Virus record (IMG/VR): IMGVR_UViG_3300044878_000120
Span: 1-49,544 of that record
DNA from: a virus
Taxonomy: Duplodnaviria > Caudoviricetes
Strand: one strand, 5' to 3'
Length of the DNA: 49,544 bases
The position numbers were made by a program, and so were the translations under genes. Below the pieces are notes generated by a model. It was given only the letters and a program-made list of their open reading frames with translations. It was not told where the DNA came from and searched no databases. Shown here in pieces: positions 45,685 through 49,544 of this stretch (positions are counted from its first letter, which is position 1; every line of letters begins with the position of its first letter).

Positions 45685-45972
45685 ATGACACCACAAGACA
45701 TCGGCACCATGCTCGAGCGCACCAGGGCAGCATGCCAAGCCTTCACCGAGAAGTTCACCGGCATGACCATCACCCAGCAAAACAAGGAGATCGTCAGCCG
45801 CGAGATCGCCATGCTGGAGATGGAGTGGAAACTGGACGGCACCACCGTATGCCCGATGCTGGCCTTCGAGCGCGCCGCCAAGCTGCAACACCTTCGCGCC
45901 TACCTGGCGCAATGGCCGGCGCCGAGGCCGTTGCGGGAGATGCTTTTCAACCCTACCGAGGCAACACAATGA
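45685..45972 (+). CDS. Hypothetical protein
   Basis: ATG 45685 after GGGAG; 95 aa. Confidence 0.6.
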   Translation: MTPQDIGTMLERTRAACQAFTEKFTGMTITQQNKEIVSREIAMLEMEWKLDGTTVCPMLAFERAAKLQHLRAYLAQWPAPRPLREMLFNPTEATQ

Positions 45973-46193
45973 GAGAGACCTACGAGTGTATTGACGGGCC
46001 GCTGTTCGGCCAGATGCGAGCCGCGCCCAGTCCTGGTTGCGGTTTTCTTGACTATGCCGAGCCATCGAAGCCCATGACGACGCCCTTCACGACGGGCAGC
46101 GAGGCGATGTCGCCAACCCATCAAACGATCAAGGTCCATCGCTACACCCTGCGCCAACGCGGCGCACGCCTGGTATGGGCTATCGCCAATTAA
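45969..46193 (+). CDS. Hypothetical protein
   Basis: ATGA-coupled; IDGPL.G motif; 74 aa. Confidence 0.58.
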   Translation: MRETYECIDGPLFGQMRAAPSPGCGFLDYAEPSKPMTTPFTTGSEAMSPTHQTIKVHRYTLRQRGARLVWAIAN

Positions 46194-46429
46194 CCGAAGT
46201 GCGCGACCTGGCGCAGCAGTGACGCCCGGTCATACTGCAACCGCCGATATTCATAGGCAGCCGCGGAATTAGAAGCTACCTGGCCGGATGGCAACGACAT
46301 CAGTCGAGAGTCGATCCGGCCAAGCTCCTCCTCAGCAGCACGCTGAATCCGATCATCATGCTCAGCAGCCCGGCGCCGTCCAGCCTCGTTCTCAGCCAGC
46401 AGCCGGCGAACCTCATCAGCTTGCGACAT
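46190..46429 (-). CDS. Hypothetical helical protein
   Basis: ATG 46429 after GGAGG; 79 aa. Confidence 0.6.
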   Translation of the reverse strand: MSQADEVRRLLAENEAGRRRAAEHDDRIQRAAEEELGRIDSRLMSLPSGQVASNSAAAYEYRRLQYDRASLLRQVAHFG

Positions 46430-46616
46430 CATCACCCTCCTTGCGATCACTGGCGAATGGCCCGAAGGCTTTGCCCAGGTACGCATTGAGCCGCGCCTCA
46501 TCCTCAGCGCTCGGCGGTTTAGGCTTGAAGCCGATGCAGGCATGCAGGCCGACGCAGCCGCACTTAGCGCAGCCCAGCCCGGACGACATCGGGTTACTTT
46601 TCGCGAGATCGAACAT
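46416..46616 (-). CDS. Small Cys/His protein
   Basis: CAKCGC.GLHAC motif; 66 aa. Confidence 0.55.
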   Translation of the reverse strand: MFDLAKSNPMSSGLGCAKCGCVGLHACIGFKPKPPSAEDEARLNAYLGKAFGPFASDRKEGDDVAS

Positions 46617-46622
46617 CAGTAG

Positions 46623-46674
46623 TTACCCAGTTACCCAATTACTTAATTACCCAGGTACGCACCCGCGCACCCGG
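46623..46674. repeat. Second 8-bp-period array
   Basis: ttacccag ttacccaa ttacttaa ttacccag then degenerate gtac gcacccgc gcacccgg; intergenic. Confidence 0.8.
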
Positions 46675-46688
46675 GTAAACCCGAACAT

Positions 46689-46850
46689 CTATCGCAGCTT
46701 GCTTTGCGTGATCCGGCCGCAGCACTGGCATTGCATATGGTAGAGCGGCCCGGTAGCGACCACGACGCCCTCCTTGTACAGCTCCCAGGTCGCCTCCTTG
46801 AGGACGGCCCACTCGTGCACGCCCAGGAAGCACCAGAGCTTGCGACTCAC
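46689..46850 (-). CDS. 53-aa zinc-binding phage protein (DUF1660-like; not in ORF track)
   Basis: GTG start overlapping upstream TGA; LWCFLGVHEW...CQCCG. Confidence 0.65.
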   Translation of the reverse strand: MSRKLWCFLGVHEWAVLKEATWELYKEGVVVATGPLYHMQCQCCGRITQSKLR

Positions 46851-47284
46851 ACCAGGCACCAGTCATCAGCGAGCATATCGGTCTGACTGGCCAGCCAGGG
46901 CACGAAGCATTGGTCGGCGGTTTTCATGCCGATCCAGGGCAGCGGCTTCAGCGCGGCATGCTGGAAAGCCACCGTATCAGCCAGATGCACCGGGACCAAC
47001 TTCAGCCACATGCCTTTGCCGTTCCAGCCAGCGCGCGCAACCTGGCGGCCAGCCTTCAGCGCCTCGATGGCCTGGCCGAAGGTCATGCTCGAGGTCGGCT
47101 CGACCGGGCGAGGCCAGAAGTGCGCGCCGGTTGCCTGGAGCTGTTGCAGGCCGAAGGTCGCGTCGCTCACCAGCGAGATCAGCTTGGTCTGGTCGAATCC
47201 GGGCGGCAGTTGCTCGAGCGACTTGCAGAGGTCGCGGGCTTGCTCGAGCAGTTCGTGGCCACCGAATGGCAAAGGCTTGTTCAT
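46847..47284 (-). CDS. DUF2829 (Tad2-like) protein with extra N-terminal domain
   Basis: MTFGQAIEALKAG..VARAGWNGKGMW...PWLASQTDMLADDW. Confidence 0.88.
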   Translation of the reverse strand: MNKPLPFGGHELLEQARDLCKSLEQLPPGFDQTKLISLVSDATFGLQQLQATGAHFWPRPVEPTSSMTFGQAIEALKAGRQVARAGWNGKGMWLKLVPVHLADTVAFQHAALKPLPWIGMKTADQCFVPWLASQTDMLADDWCLV

Positions 47285-47658
47285 GCCGCACCGCCCAGGC
47301 GAGCCTTGGCCACGTTCAGGAGCTTTGCAGCAACATCCTCGGCACCACGGCGCAGGTCGCTGTTGTTGGTCTCCAGCGTGCGCTGTACCAGGGCGCCGGC
47401 GCAGTCAAGCATCATCACCGCCTCGTTGATAGCGGTCTCAGACACATGCGGCTCGGCCTGGCCGACATCACCCAGCGCAACACCGGTCGGCACCGCTGCG
47501 CAGCCAGTCACCACGAACTCACAGGTATCGCCGGAGACGTTGGCCGGGCGAATGTAAAACGTGACCTTGCCGTCAGCGTCGCGGCGAGCGCGGACCACAT
47601 GGTCGATCACGTCGCGATCCAGGTCATCAAACAGGTAACGCTCGAGGGTCTTGGTCAT
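47281..47658 (-). CDS. Hypothetical protein
   Basis: Coupled at both ends; 125 aa. Confidence 0.7.
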   Translation of the reverse strand: MTKTLERYLFDDLDRDVIDHVVRARRDADGKVTFYIRPANVSGDTCEFVVTGCAAVPTGVALGDVGQAEPHVSETAINEAVMMLDCAGALVQRTLETNNSDLRRGAEDVAAKLLNVAKARLGGAA

Positions 47659-47888
47659 CAGATTGCTTCCTTAACTTTGAACATGAAGGTCGGCTCGGTA
47701 TTGCGCAGCGAGTGGCACGCGCCCTCGATGCAGTGGAATAGGCTCATCACCAGCTCGAGCGGCGCCCACTTGGTCGCAACCATGCAACGACCATGCGGGT
47801 CACCAATCCACACCGGCAGGCCGTAATAGCTCCCGTTATGCGTGAACCCGTGCGCCTTGGCCTTGGCTTTTGTCATGTAGCCGAGCAT
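47658..47888 (-). CDS. Hypothetical phage protein
   Basis: TGATG-coupled ATG 47888; GFTH.G.YYG.PVW motif. Confidence 0.7.
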   Translation of the reverse strand: MLGYMTKAKAKAHGFTHNGSYYGLPVWIGDPHGRCMVATKWAPLELVMSLFHCIEGACHSLRNTEPTFMFKVKEAI

Positions 47889-48769
47889 CAGGCCGCATCC
47901 CCTTCCAGGCGCAGGCGCAGGCCGTAACCTTCCAGCTTCCACAGCTCGGCACGGACTTTCGGCTCGGCGTCCTTCAGCGCGAACTGGCGTCCTTTGTCAG
48001 CGTCGAAATTCTCCTTGCTCACGCAGGCCGAGAAGCCGCTGGCCAGGTAGAACTCGCCATCCAGGTAAGCATGGGCAAACGTGCTGGTCGTGTCCGCCGG
48101 GTTGTCGTAGCGGTACATCACCCGGGCCAGCAGCGCGTCGATACGCTCAGGCGTCACCCGCGGCGCTTCACCAGGGGCGCATGGCTTGCGGGCGACCTTG
48201 ACGATCTCGACATCCACTTCCAGGTCAAGCTGGGGGGCCAGCACCTCGACCACGCCGCGCGCGACCTGGTGGCGCTCCTGAGTGACCTGGTAGCGAACCA
48301 CAGGACCAATATTCTCGCCGGTTTGCGTATCAGTGACCTGCGTGCTGGTAGGCGTGCCGTCGCCGGAAATCCGCACGCGACGGAGGCTGCGCAAGGACGG
48401 CAGGCGCTCCTCATCTTCGGTAACCTCATCCTTGAGCATGGCATTGATGTCGGCGAGCGCGGCTTGCTTGGTCATCGCCTGGTATTCCGCATCGGTCACG
48501 GCGACAAAGTTGTCAGGCGTCACGTCGATCAGGCCCAGGTCGGCACCACAACTACCGCAGACGAGCGGATCCGCATATTGCATCCGCGAGCCATCCACGC
48601 GCCGAACAGGCTCATGCGTGATCGCATCGGTAGGAAGCGGCTTGGCGACGCGAAACATCGCGACGTTGCCGCAGCCGCGGTTGTGTACCAGTGCCCACAT
48701 ATTCAGGTTGCGATCAGTCAAGTCAATTCCCCAGTCAATTAATTTACCTCGAGATAAGATTGTCGCCAT
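47888..48769 (-). CDS. Multidomain protein: Zn-ribbon + unknown domain + C-terminal Gp49-family (N4 gp49/Sf6 gp66) domain
   Basis: APRVT.E.I...G.SACVS.ENFD...G...A......LW.LEGY; start uncertain (48769, 48721 or 48700). Confidence 0.8.
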   Translation of the reverse strand: MATILSRGKLIDWGIDLTDRNLNMWALVHNRGCGNVAMFRVAKPLPTDAITHEPVRRVDGSRMQYADPLVCGSCGADLGLIDVTPDNFVAVTDAEYQAMTKQAALADINAMLKDEVTEDEERLPSLRSLRRVRISGDGTPTSTQVTDTQTGENIGPVVRYQVTQERHQVARGVVEVLAPQLDLEVDVEIVKVARKPCAPGEAPRVTPERIDALLARVMYRYDNPADTTSTFAHAYLDGEFYLASGFSACVSKENFDADKGRQFALKDAEPKVRAELWKLEGYGLRLRLEGDAA

Positions 48770-48799
48770 TACCCGAGGGGTTAAGCCAGGGGAATCCGA

Positions 48800-49369
48800 T
48801 CAACTCTTGTTCCAATGGCGCTTGATCGTCGCGATACCCAGCGTCAGCGCCTTGGCCGCCTGCGCCTGCGTCATATCCTCAGCCTTGCAGCGCTGCACAT
48901 CCCGGGTCGTGTCGACCGCTTCAGGGCGGCCCAGGCGCTTGCCTTCCGACTTTGCGCGTGCCAGTCCGGCCTGCGTCCGCTCGATCAGCAGATCCCGCTC
49001 AAACTCGGCCACAGCGCCCAGGACTTGCATGGTCATCTTGCCCGCCGGCGAGGTCAGGTCGACCCCGCCCAGCGCCAGGCAGTGCACGCGGATCCCGCTC
49101 GAGGCCAGATGCTCGACGGTTTGCCGCACATCCATCGCGTTCCGGCCCAGGCGGTCGAGCTTGGTCACGATCAGCACGTCACCCGACTCCATCCGATCCA
49201 GCAGCTTCAGGAAGCCGCGGCGCTCCTTGGCGGCCACACTGCCCGAGACCGTCTCCTCGACGACTCGGCTGGCCTGGACATCGAACCCGGCGGCCTTCAC
49301 CTCCTGGACCTGGTTCTCGGTAAATTGCAACGACGTGCTGACTCGGCAGTACAAAAAGGTTCGGGACAT
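48800..49369 (-). CDS. Serine recombinase (resolvase/invertase family) with C-terminal HTH
   Basis: YCRVST, SG....[24 protein letters not shown]; ATG 49369. Confidence 0.95.
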   Translation of the reverse strand: MSRTFLYCRVSTSLQFTENQVQEVKAAGFDVQASRVVEETVSGSVAAKERRGFLKLLDRMESGDVLIVTKLDRLGRNAMDVRQTVEHLASSGIRVHCLALGGVDLTSPAGKMTMQVLGAVAEFERDLLIERTQAGLARAKSEGKRLGRPEAVDTTRDVQRCKAEDMTQAQAAKALTLGIATIKRHWNKS

Positions 49370-49384
49370 GGCGGGCGGCTCCTT

Positions 49385-49520
49385 GGCATCATCTAACGTG
49401 GCATCAGTGTAGCAAGGTATCAGCAACCAAAAATACCTATTAGGTGATACCAAAATACCGCCCGTCTCGAACGTATCATTTATCGGTCGTTTGTTGAGCC
49501 CATCAGAAAAGGGAGTCTTG
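49385..49520. promoter_or_regulatory. AT-rich region upstream of resolvase: probable res site/promoter; includes TACCT-ATT-AGGTG (49434-49446)
   Basis: Position typical of res sites; subsites not resolved by eye. Confidence 0.45.
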
Positions 49521-49544
49521 AGCCGAGGCACCATGCCCGGACTG

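Larger units (their letters stand above)
1..49544. mobile_element. Segment of a large myovirus (probable temperate phage or phage-plasmid), likely Pseudomonas host
   Basis: Contiguous capsid, protease, sheath, tube, baseplate, fibre, lysis and recombination genes; no host housekeeping context; SSB is Pseudomonas-like. Confidence 0.93.

Noticed and set aside
46639-46866. 75-aa ORF from the track
   Set aside because: The alternative frame 46689-46850 is GTGA-coupled, has a Cys/His motif and leaves the repeat array intergenic
1-49544. tRNA, rRNA, integrase, terminase or portal genes
   Set aside because: None recognisable by eye; intergenic gaps are short and mostly explained by promoters, terminators or arrays

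Overview
The whole window is part of one large myovirus genome, probably a temperate phage or phage-plasmid of Pseudomonas (its SSB closely resembles Pseudomonas SSB). No host chromosomal genes or integrase are visible. It has four blocks. (1) 1-8038 (+): recombination/replication genes (Bet/RecT, YqaJ exonuclease, HU, SSB, Ref-like nuclease, beta-clamp, RdgC, dCTP deaminase). (2) 8035-36996 (-): contractile-tail virion and lysis module; the capsid, protease and tail chaperone look related to SPO1/Twort-like (Herelleviridae) proteins, and portal and terminase are absent from the window. (3) 37.1-46.2 kb (+): small accessory genes. (4) 46.2-48.8 kb (-): an operon with DUF2829 (Tad2-like) and Gp49-family domains fused to unknown domains, followed by a serine resolvase. 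Three non-coding signals were read directly from the sequence: a six-copy late-promoter motif GTCGTGAY-NN-NANNNT, three copies of which predict leaderless mRNAs; a dispersed operator palindrome TACCT-N3-AGGTA, two copies of which sit at identical positions in sigma70 promoter spacers; and two intergenic 8-bp-period arrays resembling a type Ib (parH-like) centromere. A +1 frameshift site in the tail chaperone and repeated K-S/A protease sites in head proteins are also predicted. All family assignments are by eye; no database search was run.
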